DNA of 64,000 nt from positions 152,420 through 216,419 of the forward strand of contig CAVYJB010000001.1 in assembly GCA_963768835.1 (NCBI GenBank). Reading direction: 5' to 3'. A model generated the notes under the pieces. The model was not told the origin of the DNA. It did no database searches and saw only the letters and a list, made by a program, of their open reading frames with translations. Of this stretch, positions 1 through 8,515 are shown piece after piece (positions within the stretch are counted from its first letter, which is position 1; each line of letters begins with the position of its first letter). Source of the DNA: an uncultured bacterium. Its GTDB lineage: Bacteria > Patescibacteriota > Minisyncoccia > UBA6257 > GWB1-50-10. The translations under genes were made by a program, and so were the position numbers.

Positions 1-9
1 TCTATCCTC

Positions 10-95
10 CACTTCCTACTCTTTTTCGGAAGCTCCAGATAGGCATTGGAAACCTTCTGAAATTAGACTAGCATACTACATATGATTTGTCAAGC
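10..95 (-). repeat. Copy of the conserved promoter/5' leader also found at 1715..1800. It implies a paralogous minus-strand gene just left of the window.
   Basis: cctactctttttcgg.ag.cccag..a.gc.attggaaa.cttctg ... gtcaag is ~85% identical between 10-95 and 1722-1800. Confidence 0.5.
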
Positions 96-183
96 GCCGG
101 ACATCAGGTCTATATCGTTTCCCAGGGGGGAATTCCTCCCATGCCTGAAGCGAGTTTTCGACGCTTATGATATTCTCAAGCAT

Positions 184-572
184 ATGGACCTAACTCAACC
201 ACGAACCCCCCCCCCCGACGGAATCAACTGCCGATAATTCAGAGGCTGATCGCGGCGTACAAACTCTGGCATGAGTTCGTGCCGCATATCCCGAAAACTT
301 CCCGCTACACGCTTGGGGCAAAGATAGACGCGCTGTTCCTGGATACCATTGAGCACATTTTGGCTGCAATTTACGCATCCCCGCAGGATAAGATTAAGGA
401 ATTGGGATGTTCAGTTATAACGCTGGATGCGCTCAAATTCTTCCTGCAGATCTCCTGGGAGATACATTCCCTCAACACCGAAAGGTATCAGATGCTGTCC
501 GAGAAACTGGATGAGATCGGCCGCATGCTCGGCGGCTGGCGGAAAGGATTAGAAAAAACCACCGCCCGATGA
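184..572 (+). CDS. avd: Avd-like four-helix-bundle protein (DGR accessory variability determinant / 23S rRNA IVS protein family). Reading frame broken at the C11 tract 206-216. ATG 184 is in frame only with 12 or 9 C; a GTG at 279 gives a truncated 97-aa ORF.
   Basis: Translation ...IIQRLIAAYKLWHEFVPHIPKTSRYTLGAKIDALFLDTIEHILAA...LKFFLQISWEIHSL...YQMLSEKLDEIGRMLGGW matches the four-helix-bundle (TIGR02436/PF05635) pattern YKL..FP...Y.L..qI......I...IAeG ... a.GS..E..tql.....lgyi....y..l....eei.kML.gl. It lies adjacent to a DGR TR. Confidence 0.6.
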
Positions 573-598
573 GACGGGCGGGAGAAACAGCGGGTTTC

Positions 599-712
599 AG
601 GGCCACCACACGATGGCGGTTCTCGGCGTTCCAGACGTTGTCGTTCTCAAGCCGGTTCACGTTCACCTTGAGCGTGCCGTCCGAGTTCACATTCACGTTG
701 GCAACGAAGAAA
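599..712 (-). repeat. DGR template repeat (TR)
   Basis: 114 bp aligns to 1041..1154 (3' end of CDS 1025..1693). All 14 interior mismatches are at plus-strand T (coding-strand A) positions: 620, 621, 623, 630, 639, 645, 657, 662, 663, 668, 669, 687, 693, 699. The 21-bp block 599-619 = 1041-1061 is identical, like IMH/IMH*; homology decays after alignment position ~104 at the opposite end. Confidence 0.75.
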
Positions 713-940
713 ACGTGCGATGCGCCATCCGCGCCACCGTCCCTCGAATGCTCTCGGGACTGTATCGTATTCGGGACCTCGAAGTCCTCCAGCGCACCGC
801 ACCAACTGGCTGTTTTTGATTTTGAAAGGCGTGCTCACTCTTTTGCAGGACGTATCCAGCAAAATTCTCAAGCACGCATTTCGGCACCCGCCACTTGAAG
901 CCGTGGCCGCAAGATAGTTCCGGATGCACTATTCAGTATA

Positions 941-979
941 CAAAAATCCCCTGGGTTCTAAGTTCAAAGAACCCAAGGG
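941..979 (-). terminator. rho-independent terminator downstream of the DGR target gene
   Basis: Hairpin cccctgggttct / agaacccaaggg (948-979) followed on the minus strand by a T-run (plus caaaaat 941-947). Confidence 0.55.
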
Positions 980-1024
980 ATCGAATGCCGCAGAGCAGAT
1001 GGCGCGGCGGAAAGAGACAAAGGG

Positions 1025-1693
1025 CTAAACAGCCAGTTGCAGGGCCACCACACGATGGCGGAGCCCGGCGTGCCAGACGTAGTCGTACTCAAGCCGGTAC
1101 ACGCCCACCCCGAGCGTGCCGTCCGAGTGCACATCCACGTCGGCCACGAAGAACTGGTCCTTACTCTTGAAGAGGAAAAAGGTGCCGTAGCCATCGGTCC
1201 GGAGCCAGTTGCGGTGCTTCCGCACGAAGCACTTGATTTGCGCCTGCGTGAGGCATGCCTTGTTCAGGTCCGTGCCCAACGACGCAAACATCTGGGCGAA
1301 GGTCGCATCCTCGGTCAGCTCGTAGACGAAGACCGGCGTGTCCTTCGTTGCCGGCCCTGGCGCATCGGCACCATAGCCCTTGAAATCAGAATCAATGTAG
1401 GCGAAGGTATCCGTTGCATCTGCGAGAACCTCGGTACCGGAAACGGCCTCGATCACCACCGGTTGGGCGCCGGGGATAAGTTTCAAGAACTCACCCTCCA
1501 CGCCTCTCACGAATCGGGCGATGGCTTCGGCGCACACATGGACCAGCTGCCGACCGAGCTTGGTGTCCCCGCCAAGCTTGTGAATGTCCTCATACGACAC
1601 GCCGACCGATTCGAGCTCGGATACGAGCGCGCCCGCGAAACTTCCGATCCATCCGGCGCCGCTCACAACGGGATGAATGTCTCTCTTTGACAT
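1025..1693 (-). CDS. DGR target protein of unknown function, 222 aa, with a hypervariable C-terminus
   Basis: ORF with GGAGGT SD 6 nt upstream of the ATG at 1693. Its last ~38 codons are the VR paired with the TR at 599..712. A -10 gcTATAAT at 1780-1789 and a conserved 5' leader are repeated at 1..95. Confidence 0.75.
   Translation of the reverse strand: MSKRDIHPVVSGAGWIGSFAGALVSELESVGVSYEDIHKLGGDTKLGRQLVHVCAEAIARFVRGVEGEFLKLIPGAQPVVIEAVSGTEVLADATDTFAYIDSDFKGYGADAPGPATKDTPVFVYELTEDATFAQMFASLGTDLNKACLTQAQIKCFVRKHRNWLRTDGYGTFFLFKSKDQFFVADVDVHSDGTLGVGVYRLEYDYVWHAGLRHRVVALQLAV
1041..1154 (-). repeat. DGR variable repeat (VR) inside the target CDS
   Basis: See the TR feature. VR bases at TR-adenine positions are T, C or G on the coding strand. 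Confidence 0.75.
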
Positions 1694-1846
1694 GACGCAC
1701 CTCCATCATTGCGGTTTGCCCCTCACTCCCTACTCTTTTTCGGGAGTCCCAGGCAAGCCATTGGAAATCTTCTGTTGCAATTATAGCACCGATACTGCGT
1801 AAAGTCAAGTTTAAAATCCTTTTTTGCAGCAACCACAGTAGGGTAT

Positions 1847-3229
1847 TTGAGAGGCTGGACTCTCCTGCAACCCTGCGTCATCCCTTGTGATATGAATACC
1901 CAAACCATGGGGCCCCAGGGGATTGGGGCCCCGACAACAGTCCCGGCCCCCGGAAAGGTCAAATACGTGCTGTACGCGCGGAAAAGCACGGAGTCCGAGG
2001 AAAAGCAGATCCTCTCCATCGACTCGCAGGTAAAGGAGATGCTCCAGATCGCCGAACGGGAAGGACTGGAGATTGTGGATATTCGGAGGGAATCCCACTC
2101 GGCGAAGAACTCCGGCGAGCGGCCGGTCTTCGCGGAGATCCTCCGGGACATACGGAGCGGGCGGTACACGGGCATCCTCACGTGGAACCCGGATCGCCTG
2201 AGCCGGAATGCGGGCGACCTGGGGTCGCTCGTGGATCTCATGGACCAGAAGCTGCTTATAGAGATACGGACATACGGCCAGCGGTTCATCAATTCCCCGA
2301 ACGAGAAGTTCCTCCTCATGATCCTCTGCTCCCAGGCGAAGCTCGAGAACGACAACAAGAGCGTGAACGTGAAGCGGGGGCTCCGCACCCGGGTCGAGAT
2401 GGGGCTCTGGCCTGCGCAGGCCCCGACCGGGTACCTGAACGAGAAGCGGACTGACCGCAAGGGATCGGTCATCCTCGATCCGGTGCGGGCCCCCGTCGTG
2501 AAGCAGATGTTCGAGAAGGTGGCCGGGGGCTGGAGCGGCCGGAAGCTTTATCACTGGCTGAAGTTCGAGATCAACTTCCGCACGAACTCCGGGAACAAGC
2601 ACCTTTGCCTGGGCAACCTGTACCGCCTGCTCCAGAACTCCTTCTATTACGGCGTCTTCGAGTATCCGGCCGGGAGCGGGAACTGGTACACCGGGAAGCA
2701 CCCGCCGCTCATCAGCCGGGAGACCTTCCTAGCGGCCCAGGAACAGCTGAAGCAGGATCACCTCTATCGGAACGCCGAGGTCAAGGAGTTTGCCTTCACG
2801 AAGCTCTTCACCTGCGGCCTGTGCGGATCGAGCATCAGCGCCCAGGAGAAGTTCAAGAAGCGCAAGGACGGCACAGTGGTCAAATACATCTACTATGGCT
2901 GTTGCCGCTCGAAAGACACCTTCTGCAAGAACAAGTACCTGCGGGAGGAGGAGCTCATCCCGCAGCTCATTGAGCTGATCGGCGCGCTGGATATCGATGA
3001 GCCGAATATCAAGCGGAGATTCATCGAGGAGACCAAGCGCGTCGCCAAGTTCCAGAAGTCCTTCCTCGGGGCGCGGGCGGTGAAGCAGGACGACGTCGCA
3101 TTCGATGCGAGGACCTATGCGGCGTACGTGCTGAACGATGGCAACCCCGCCGAGAAGCGGGAGCTGCTCGCGCATATCAAGAGCAAGTTCGTGGTGACAA
3201 ACAAGATTGTCAGCCTGAGGAACGACTAA
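1847..3229 (+). CDS. Large serine recombinase (resolvase/invertase-type integrase). The true start is probably the internal Met near 1892-1907.
   Basis: N-terminal catalytic domain VLYARKSTESEEKQ..SIDSQ; recombinase domain; C-terminal zinc ribbon CGLCG...YYGCC. Confidence 0.85.
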   Translation: MRGWTLLQPCVIPCDMNTQTMGPQGIGAPTTVPAPGKVKYVLYARKSTESEEKQILSIDSQVKEMLQIAEREGLEIVDIRRESHSAKNSGERPVFAEILRDIRSGRYTGILTWNPDRLSRNAGDLGSLVDLMDQKLLIEIRTYGQRFINSPNEKFLLMILCSQAKLENDNKSVNVKRGLRTRVEMGLWPAQAPTGYLNEKRTDRKGSVILDPVRAPVVKQMFEKVAGGWSGRKLYHWLKFEINFRTNSGNKHLCLGNLYRLLQNSFYYGVFEYPAGSGNWYTGKHPPLISRETFLAAQEQLKQDHLYRNAEVKEFAFTKLFTCGLCGSSISAQEKFKKRKDGTVVKYIYYGCCRSKDTFCKNKYLREEELIPQLIELIGALDIDEPNIKRRFIEETKRVAKFQKSFLGARAVKQDDVAFDARTYAAYVLNDGNPAEKRELLAHIKSKFVVTNKIVSLRND

Positions 3230-3265
3230 GAAAACGCAGTCTAGCCATGACGCTCATCGGGAGAA

Positions 3266-4036
3266 TTATCTTAGGCTACAACTATCAAGAATAGGTACTT
3301 CTCCTTGTGTTAATGTACCACTGATCGTCCCCCAAAAGGTTGTTGTCGCATTTTTACCTAAGATCTGTATTCTTTGTTGCCACTCACTACCAAAAACGCA
3401 AGTGACCCATTGAGGACTATTGTTATATAAGTTAACGCTTTTAAGGTCCGCCCAGATTTTTCCAAGGCCCGCGTCTCCAAAGTCCACGATCGTAGCCTGC
3501 TCATCTCCAGTGATAAGGCTAGCGTAACTTTTCCACTTTTGCTCAACGTCGAGACGTGGCGTATTCGCAAAATCGGTATCTGCAACTAGTTGAAAAACCG
3601 ATCGATCAAGGACTCGAGCGTTCCCAAATTGAAGGGGAAGGGAAAGTCCAAATATTCCTGGTAATTTACCCTCGGTAACTATATACCCCGCTGCGACGAT
3701 TATAACACCCAGCAAAACGATGCCTAAGGGTTTCTCATACCAAGCTTTTTCTTGGGAACTTTTCCCTTGAATGATCTTTGATTTTTTGCTTGATAGATTA
3801 CCTTTTACTTTTGCTGTCATCTGGCTATCCTCTGGTAATACTACTTGAGAACCTTCCATCGTCATGTCACCACCGACTTCGAAATGAACGCCTGGTTTAT
3901 ATCCTCTTTTTTTATATCGTAAGTCAAGCTCCGTCATCGCTCGCTGAAAACGGCTACCAGGAATGTTGGAATTTTCGTGTAGACGGACGATCTCTTCCAA
4001 TTCATCGTCCGTCATTTTTGAGAAATCTTCGCTCAT
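3266..4036 (-). CDS. Hypothetical membrane protein (cytoplasmic N-domain, one TM helix, extracytoplasmic C-domain) in a low-GC segment
   Basis: 256-aa ORF; TM helix LGIVLLGVIIVAAGYIV. Local GC is far below the window average, suggesting foreign origin. Confidence 0.5.
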   Translation of the reverse strand: MSEDFSKMTDDELEEIVRLHENSNIPGSRFQRAMTELDLRYKKRGYKPGVHFEVGGDMTMEGSQVVLPEDSQMTAKVKGNLSSKKSKIIQGKSSQEKAWYEKPLGIVLLGVIIVAAGYIVTEGKLPGIFGLSLPLQFGNARVLDRSVFQLVADTDFANTPRLDVEQKWKSYASLITGDEQATIVDFGDAGLGKIWADLKSVNLYNNSPQWVTCVFGSEWQQRIQILGKNATTTFWGTISGTLTQGEVPILDSCSLR

Positions 4037-4228
4037 GGAACGTATGACATGATTCTAATGCGTGATAGAAAAAATGCCAAAAACCCTTCAAGATCCAGAA
4101 TCGAACCAGGTACTTTCAAAAAACAATTCTATTTCTCCTTGGAGCCCCGGAAAACTCGACCCAGAACCTTCTTGGGAAATACAGCAAAATCGACGCAACC
4201 GCGTCTCCTCGATACTACCGACTGACCG

Positions 4229-4300
4229 TAGCCCTAAGGAGGATCGAACTCCTGTTTGCGCCGTGAGAGGGCGCCGTCCTAGCCACTAGACGATAGGGCC
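4229..4300 (-). tRNA. tRNA-Glu (anticodon CTC)
   Basis: Reverse complement GGCCCTATCGTCTAGTGGCTAGGACGGCGCCCTCTCACGGCGCAAACAGGAGTTCGATCCTCCTTAGGGCTA folds as a cloverleaf with anticodon loop CTCTCAC. It is very similar to E. coli tRNA-Glu. No CCA is encoded. Confidence 0.85.
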
Positions 4301-4324
4301 TTGCGTACAGGATACCCTGCTCCC

Positions 4325-5629
4325 CTAGGTATCGTAAAGGCCCGGTTTCTCAAGCCATGCCGGATTCTGCCGCACCAAAAGCTCCTCGGCCCGCAAGGGA
4401 TCGCCCATTAGTTCTTTCGTCACTTTCTCCATCCGCACCGACTGCGAAGCTTTAAGGAGCACCGCGTCATCGCGCTTGAGCATCCCCTGGAGATAGACGG
4501 TCGCTTCGTTCACGGTCATGAAGGGCACGACGGATTTGCGCGGCATTCCCGCCCGGAGCGCGGATTCAGCGATGAATTTTCCCCGAAGCCCCACGGTGAC
4601 CAGGAGGTCCACGCACTTTGCCGCGAGCCGCCCGATGTTCTCGTGTCCCTCGAGCGTGTACTTGCCGAGCTCGAGCATATCGCCCAGGACCGCGATGGAG
4701 CGCTTCGCTTTCAGGCTCTTGAGGGCCTCCAAGCCCTCCTGCACCGCGAGCGGCGAAGCGTTGTAGGTGTCATCGAGGAGAAGGGAACCGCGCAGCCCGG
4801 GGATGAGCCGCAGGCGGCCGGGCGGCGGGGCATAGTGGGCGAGCGCCTCCGCGATATCTATAAGGTTCATCCCGCAGACGAGCCCCACCGAGGCCGCGGC
4901 GGCCACCGCGTAAGCCTGGCTCCGACCGAGTACCCCGTTCAGGCGCACCGGCACCATGTTCCCGCCGTGCACAAGCTTGAAGGTCACCCCCGTCGCGCCG
5001 TTCTCGCGGTGCACACCGAAGCCCACGACGCGCACGTCCGCGGTCTCCGCGAAGCCGTAGGTGAGAACCCGGGCGCGCGTCTGCTTCCCCACCGCGATCA
5101 CGCGCACGTCATCGGCGTTCAAGACCGCGAACCCCGTCATCGGGAGCTGGGTGATGAGCTTCGCCTTCTCGTGCAGGATGGCCTCCGGCGAGGGAAAGAA
5201 CTCCACGTGCACGGGCGTCTCCCCGACCGCCGTGAAGACCGCCACGGAGGGGTGCGCGATGGAGAGGAGCCGCGTCATGTCCCCCGGCCGGTCGATGCCG
5301 TACTCAAGCACGATGACCTCGGGATATGACGCCGAGCGCACCGCAAGACGCCAGAGGGAGGAGACAATGACCCAGGGGTAGAACCACCAGCCCTCCGTCG
5401 AGGACCAGTCGCCTAGGATATTCAACGGGAGCCCCACTTCGTTATTGAAGCTCTTCGCCGAGGCGCGTACGCGGCGGCCGTGGGAGAGCACCGCGCGGAC
5501 AGCCTCCTTGGCCGAAGTCTTCCCCACCGAGCCCGTGACCCCCACGATGGTCGGGTTGTACCGCCGGATGGTGGCGCGGGCCAGGAACCGAAGCTTGGCC
5601 ATCAAGAGCCTGAGGAGGAGTTTCTGCAT
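4325..5629 (-). CDS. murF: UDP-N-acetylmuramoyl-tripeptide--D-alanyl-D-alanine ligase
   Basis: GVTGSVGKTS P-loop, NNEVGLP, DDTYNASP motifs. Confidence 0.9.
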   Translation of the reverse strand: MQKLLLRLLMAKLRFLARATIRRYNPTIVGVTGSVGKTSAKEAVRAVLSHGRRVRASAKSFNNEVGLPLNILGDWSSTEGWWFYPWVIVSSLWRLAVRSASYPEVIVLEYGIDRPGDMTRLLSIAHPSVAVFTAVGETPVHVEFFPSPEAILHEKAKLITQLPMTGFAVLNADDVRVIAVGKQTRARVLTYGFAETADVRVVGFGVHRENGATGVTFKLVHGGNMVPVRLNGVLGRSQAYAVAAAASVGLVCGMNLIDIAEALAHYAPPPGRLRLIPGLRGSLLLDDTYNASPLAVQEGLEALKSLKAKRSIAVLGDMLELGKYTLEGHENIGRLAAKCVDLLVTVGLRGKFIAESALRAGMPRKSVVPFMTVNEATVYLQGMLKRDDAVLLKASQSVRMEKVTKELMGDPLRAEELLVRQNPAWLEKPGLYDT

Positions 5630-5635
5630 AAATCG

Positions 5636-7249
5636 CTAAGGAGTGGCGGTCGCGGGCACCTTGTCCGGCGGGACGGAGTAGTAGTTCAGGAGGTAGGTCG
5701 CGATGTCATGGAAGGCGGGTACCACGGTCAGGCCCGCAAGCAATCCCACCCCTTGGGGCTTGTCAATCTTCACGAGAACGACGAACCGCGGGGCTGAGAC
5801 GGGCCCGAGTCCGATAAAGGTATGCTCCAAATCCTGGCTGTAGCCGCCGTTCACGAGGTCCGGGATCTGGGCGGTGCCGGTCTTCCCGGCGATGCGGTAG
5901 CCGGGGATCACCGCGAGACTGTTCACGTTCACCGCGGACTCGATCATCCCCACCACGGCCGCCGCGGTCGAGGTACTCACAACCCGCCGCACCACGGTCG
6001 GTTTCTCTTCCGCATTGAGGTAGGGGCGCATCAGAAGCCCCCCGTTCGCGAGGGCGCTGTAGCCCACCACGAGCTGCATCGGGGTCACGCCCACGCCCTG
6101 CCCGAAAGCCGCGTTCGCGAAATCGACCGCGCGGGCGCTCCGGCTTTCGAGGTTCTTCACGGTCCCGGGAATCTCACCGGGGAGATCCACGCCGGTCACG
6201 TCGCCGAACCCGAACTGCTTCAGGTAGTGATAGAAGATGGCATTCCCCATCTGCTGCTCCGCGAAGACCGCGCCGGTGTTCACGGAGTGCTCAATAACGT
6301 TCGTCATCGTGAGCCTCCCAAATGGCGTGGGTTCGGCGTTGTGGATGGTCTTGCCATTCAGGGTGACGCTCCCGGTGTCCACGTACGTCGTCGAGGTCGT
6401 GATCTTCCCCGTGTCGATGCCTGCGGCCATCGTGAACGATTTCATCACGGAGCCTGGTTCGTACTGGGACTCCACCGCGCTATCCAGGAAATCTCCGACC
6501 GGAAAATCCTTGTACGTCCGCGGGTCGTACGTCGGCATATTCGCAAGCGCGAGGATCTTCCCCGTCATGGGATCCATCACGATGATCGATCCCCCGGTGG
6601 CGCTGCGGTCCGCGACGACCTTCGCGAGAACCTGTTCCGCCTCCGACTGCACGTTCCGGTCGATGGTAAGATCAAGGTCTTCCTCCGCCGCGAGGGTGGC
6701 ATCGTGCAGCTTCTCCACCCCGTAGAGGCCCGCCGGCACGGGGTGCGCCGCGTTCAGGCCCACGAACCCGAGGATGTGAGCCCCGAGGCTTCCGAACGGA
6801 TAGTTGCGCGAGAACTTCGTCCCCACATGGATGCCGGTGAGCGACTTCGCGCCATTGATAGCATCCACCTCCTCCTGCGTGGCACGGTTTATAAGGATGC
6901 GATTCTGCGAGTTCGGATCCACAGTGAGCTGCCGGAAGATGTCCTCCGCGGGCATCCCCAAGAGAACGGCTGCCGCATCCGCCGTCGCTGTGGCGTTCTT
7001 CACCTCCACCGGATCGGCGTAGATGTAGGGATAGGACTGGTCGAGAGCGACGGGAATATCCTCGCCTCCCGTGTCCGTAAAGAATATCGAGCCCCGTTGG
7101 AGGTCGTGCTGCTCGTTCAGCACCAGCTCGGCCTGCGCTTTCTGTGTGTAGGTGGCGGCGTGTTCGATTTGAAGGCTCCAGAGCTTGAACCCAAGCCCTG
7201 CGAAGAGGATCGAGAAGAGACCTGCTAGTACGTAGAAACGGAAACCCAT
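5636..7249 (-). CDS. ftsI: Penicillin-binding protein 2 / FtsI-type peptidoglycan transpeptidase
   Basis: N-terminal TM helix; SVMKSF (SxxK), SVN, KTGT motifs; position in the dcw cluster. Confidence 0.9.
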   Translation of the reverse strand: MGFRFYVLAGLFSILFAGLGFKLWSLQIEHAATYTQKAQAELVLNEQHDLQRGSIFFTDTGGEDIPVALDQSYPYIYADPVEVKNATATADAAAVLLGMPAEDIFRQLTVDPNSQNRILINRATQEEVDAINGAKSLTGIHVGTKFSRNYPFGSLGAHILGFVGLNAAHPVPAGLYGVEKLHDATLAAEEDLDLTIDRNVQSEAEQVLAKVVADRSATGGSIIVMDPMTGKILALANMPTYDPRTYKDFPVGDFLDSAVESQYEPGSVMKSFTMAAGIDTGKITTSTTYVDTGSVTLNGKTIHNAEPTPFGRLTMTNVIEHSVNTGAVFAEQQMGNAIFYHYLKQFGFGDVTGVDLPGEIPGTVKNLESRSARAVDFANAAFGQGVGVTPMQLVVGYSALANGGLLMRPYLNAEEKPTVVRRVVSTSTAAAVVGMIESAVNVNSLAVIPGYRIAGKTGTAQIPDLVNGGYSQDLEHTFIGLGPVSAPRFVVLVKIDKPQGVGLLAGLTVVPAFHDIATYLLNYYSVPPDKVPATATP

Positions 7250-7536
7250 GGGTTTAGCTTCAGATACTGGGGCTTCTTATCGAGCGTGAGCCCGTCCTTC
7301 TGTCCCAGCGTCTGGAGCTGGCCCGGGTCGAGCATGGTGTAGAACTGATTCTTGAGACCGGCGTTCGCTGCTTGCGCCTCAGGAAGCGCGGCTTTGAGTG
7401 TCAGGAGCTCCGAGCGGGTGTTCACTAGCGCGTTGTATTCGTAGATATAAAGGCCTCCGCCCATGGCGAGGACAGCGAAAAGGAGGGCTAAAAATCCCTT
7501 AAAACTTCGGCTTTTGTGCGGCTTGATGATGGTCAT
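7225..7536 (-). CDS. ftsL: FtsL-like cell division protein (small bitopic membrane protein)
   Basis: 103-aa ORF with one TM helix and a coiled-coil-like C-terminus, located between rsmH and ftsI. Confidence 0.5.
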   Translation of the reverse strand: MTIIKPHKSRSFKGFLALLFAVLAMGGGLYIYEYNALVNTRSELLTLKAALPEAQAANAGLKNQFYTMLDPGQLQTLGQKDGLTLDKKPQYLKLNPWVSVSTY

Positions 7537-7560
7537 GAAAAGTAAGATGAGGTTTTGAAA

Positions 7561-8463
7561 TCAGAGAAGTTCGATGGAACGAAGTTTTGCTGAACGGCTC
7601 CGGGGATTCTCTTGGGTTTCGAGAAGCCCGGGGGCGAGAGGTTTCTTTGTGAGGAGCTGCGCCCGACCCTTGTGCGCGTAGTCCCGAAAATAATTTTTTA
7701 CAATACGGTCCTCGAGCGAATGGAACGTGATGATCGCCGCACGTCCGCCAGGGACGACAATGTCAAAAATGTTTCCGAGGAACCGTTCCACATTCTCGAG
7801 CTCATGGTTCACTAGAATGCGGAGGGCTTGGAATGTGCGTGTCGCGGGATGGATGCGGGCGCGCGTGTACTGGGTCGGCACCGCCCCCAAGACGATCGCC
7901 GCGAGCTCCGAGGATCGGAGGATGCGCTTTCGCGTGCGCGCTTCCACGATCGTACGCGCGATGCGGCCGTCGAACCGTTCCTCTCCGAGCGTCCGCAACG
8001 CTTCCGCGAGCTTCTCCTCCGAAAGCCGGTTCAGGAGTTCCGCCGCGGTCGGATCACCGGAGTCCGGGTCGTAGCGCATATCGAGCGGCTCGTCCTTCCG
8101 GAACGAGAATCCCCGCCCCGACGTCTCAAGTTCGTCCGAGGAAAGACCGAGGTCCAAGAGCACGCCGTTCGCCTTCGGGAGCTTCTCGCGCTCCAGGATC
8201 GCGGGCAGATCCGCATAGTTCCCCTGCACGAGCGTGAGCTTCCCCACGGGCGCACCCTGAAATCGCTCTCGCGCCGCAAGGATCGCTTCCGCGCTCCAGT
8301 CGAGACCGAGGAAAGTCCCCGTCGGTCCCACGCGCTCCATGAGTACTTGTGCGTGCCCTCCCCCGCCCAGGGTACCGTCGATGAAGAATGCGCCGGACTT
8401 CGGGTCCAGGACTTCCAGAACTTCGTTTAAAAGAACAGGCGCGTGGATAGAATCGGGGCTCAT
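7561..8463 (-). CDS. rsmH: 16S rRNA (cytosine1402-N4)-methyltransferase
   Basis: MraW family: DGTLGGGGHA SAM-binding motif. Confidence 0.9.
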   Translation of the reverse strand: MSPDSIHAPVLLNEVLEVLDPKSGAFFIDGTLGGGGHAQVLMERVGPTGTFLGLDWSAEAILAARERFQGAPVGKLTLVQGNYADLPAILEREKLPKANGVLLDLGLSSDELETSGRGFSFRKDEPLDMRYDPDSGDPTAAELLNRLSEEKLAEALRTLGEERFDGRIARTIVEARTRKRILRSSELAAIVLGAVPTQYTRARIHPATRTFQALRILVNHELENVERFLGNIFDIVVPGGRAAIITFHSLEDRIVKNYFRDYAHKGRAQLLTKKPLAPGLLETQENPRSRSAKLRSIELL

Positions 8464-8515
8464 GAATCAGGAACCATGCTGATGCTGCATACTTCCTGTT
8501 TCAGTATTCAAACCC

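Larger units (their letters stand above)
1..4228. mobile_element. Putative integrated element/genomic island (left boundary outside the window). It carries the DGR, a large serine recombinase and a low-GC cargo gene, and abuts the 3' end of tRNA-Glu.
   Basis: Serine integrase gene, GC drop over 3240-4230, tRNA gene at 4229-4300 with its 3' end facing the island, paralog duplication. Confidence 0.4.

Noticed and set aside
472-696. 74-aa minus-strand ORF resembling the C-terminus of the 222-aa protein
   Set aside because: It is not a gene fragment. It is the DGR template repeat, with differences confined to adenines and no conserved stop.
4085-4130. tRNA-like fragment containing a GGTTCGATTC T-loop motif
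   Set aside because: No acceptor or anticodon stems can be formed. Its sequence differs from the tRNA-Glu 3' end, so it cannot be claimed as an att duplication.
4062-4289. 75-aa plus-strand ORF
   Set aside because: It overlaps tRNA-Glu and an intergenic low-GC region, so it is spurious.
5822-7228. Long plus-strand ORFs antisense to ftsI, rpoB (23152..24738), pilB (44648..45826), parB (14175..15527) and the tRNA/PAP2/rpsR/ssb region (16857..18050), plus a 497-aa minus ORF (52512..54005) opposite the SLT gene
   Set aside because: These are typical high-GC shadow ORFs. They lie opposite well-conserved genes and have no recognisable protein features and no independent expression signals.
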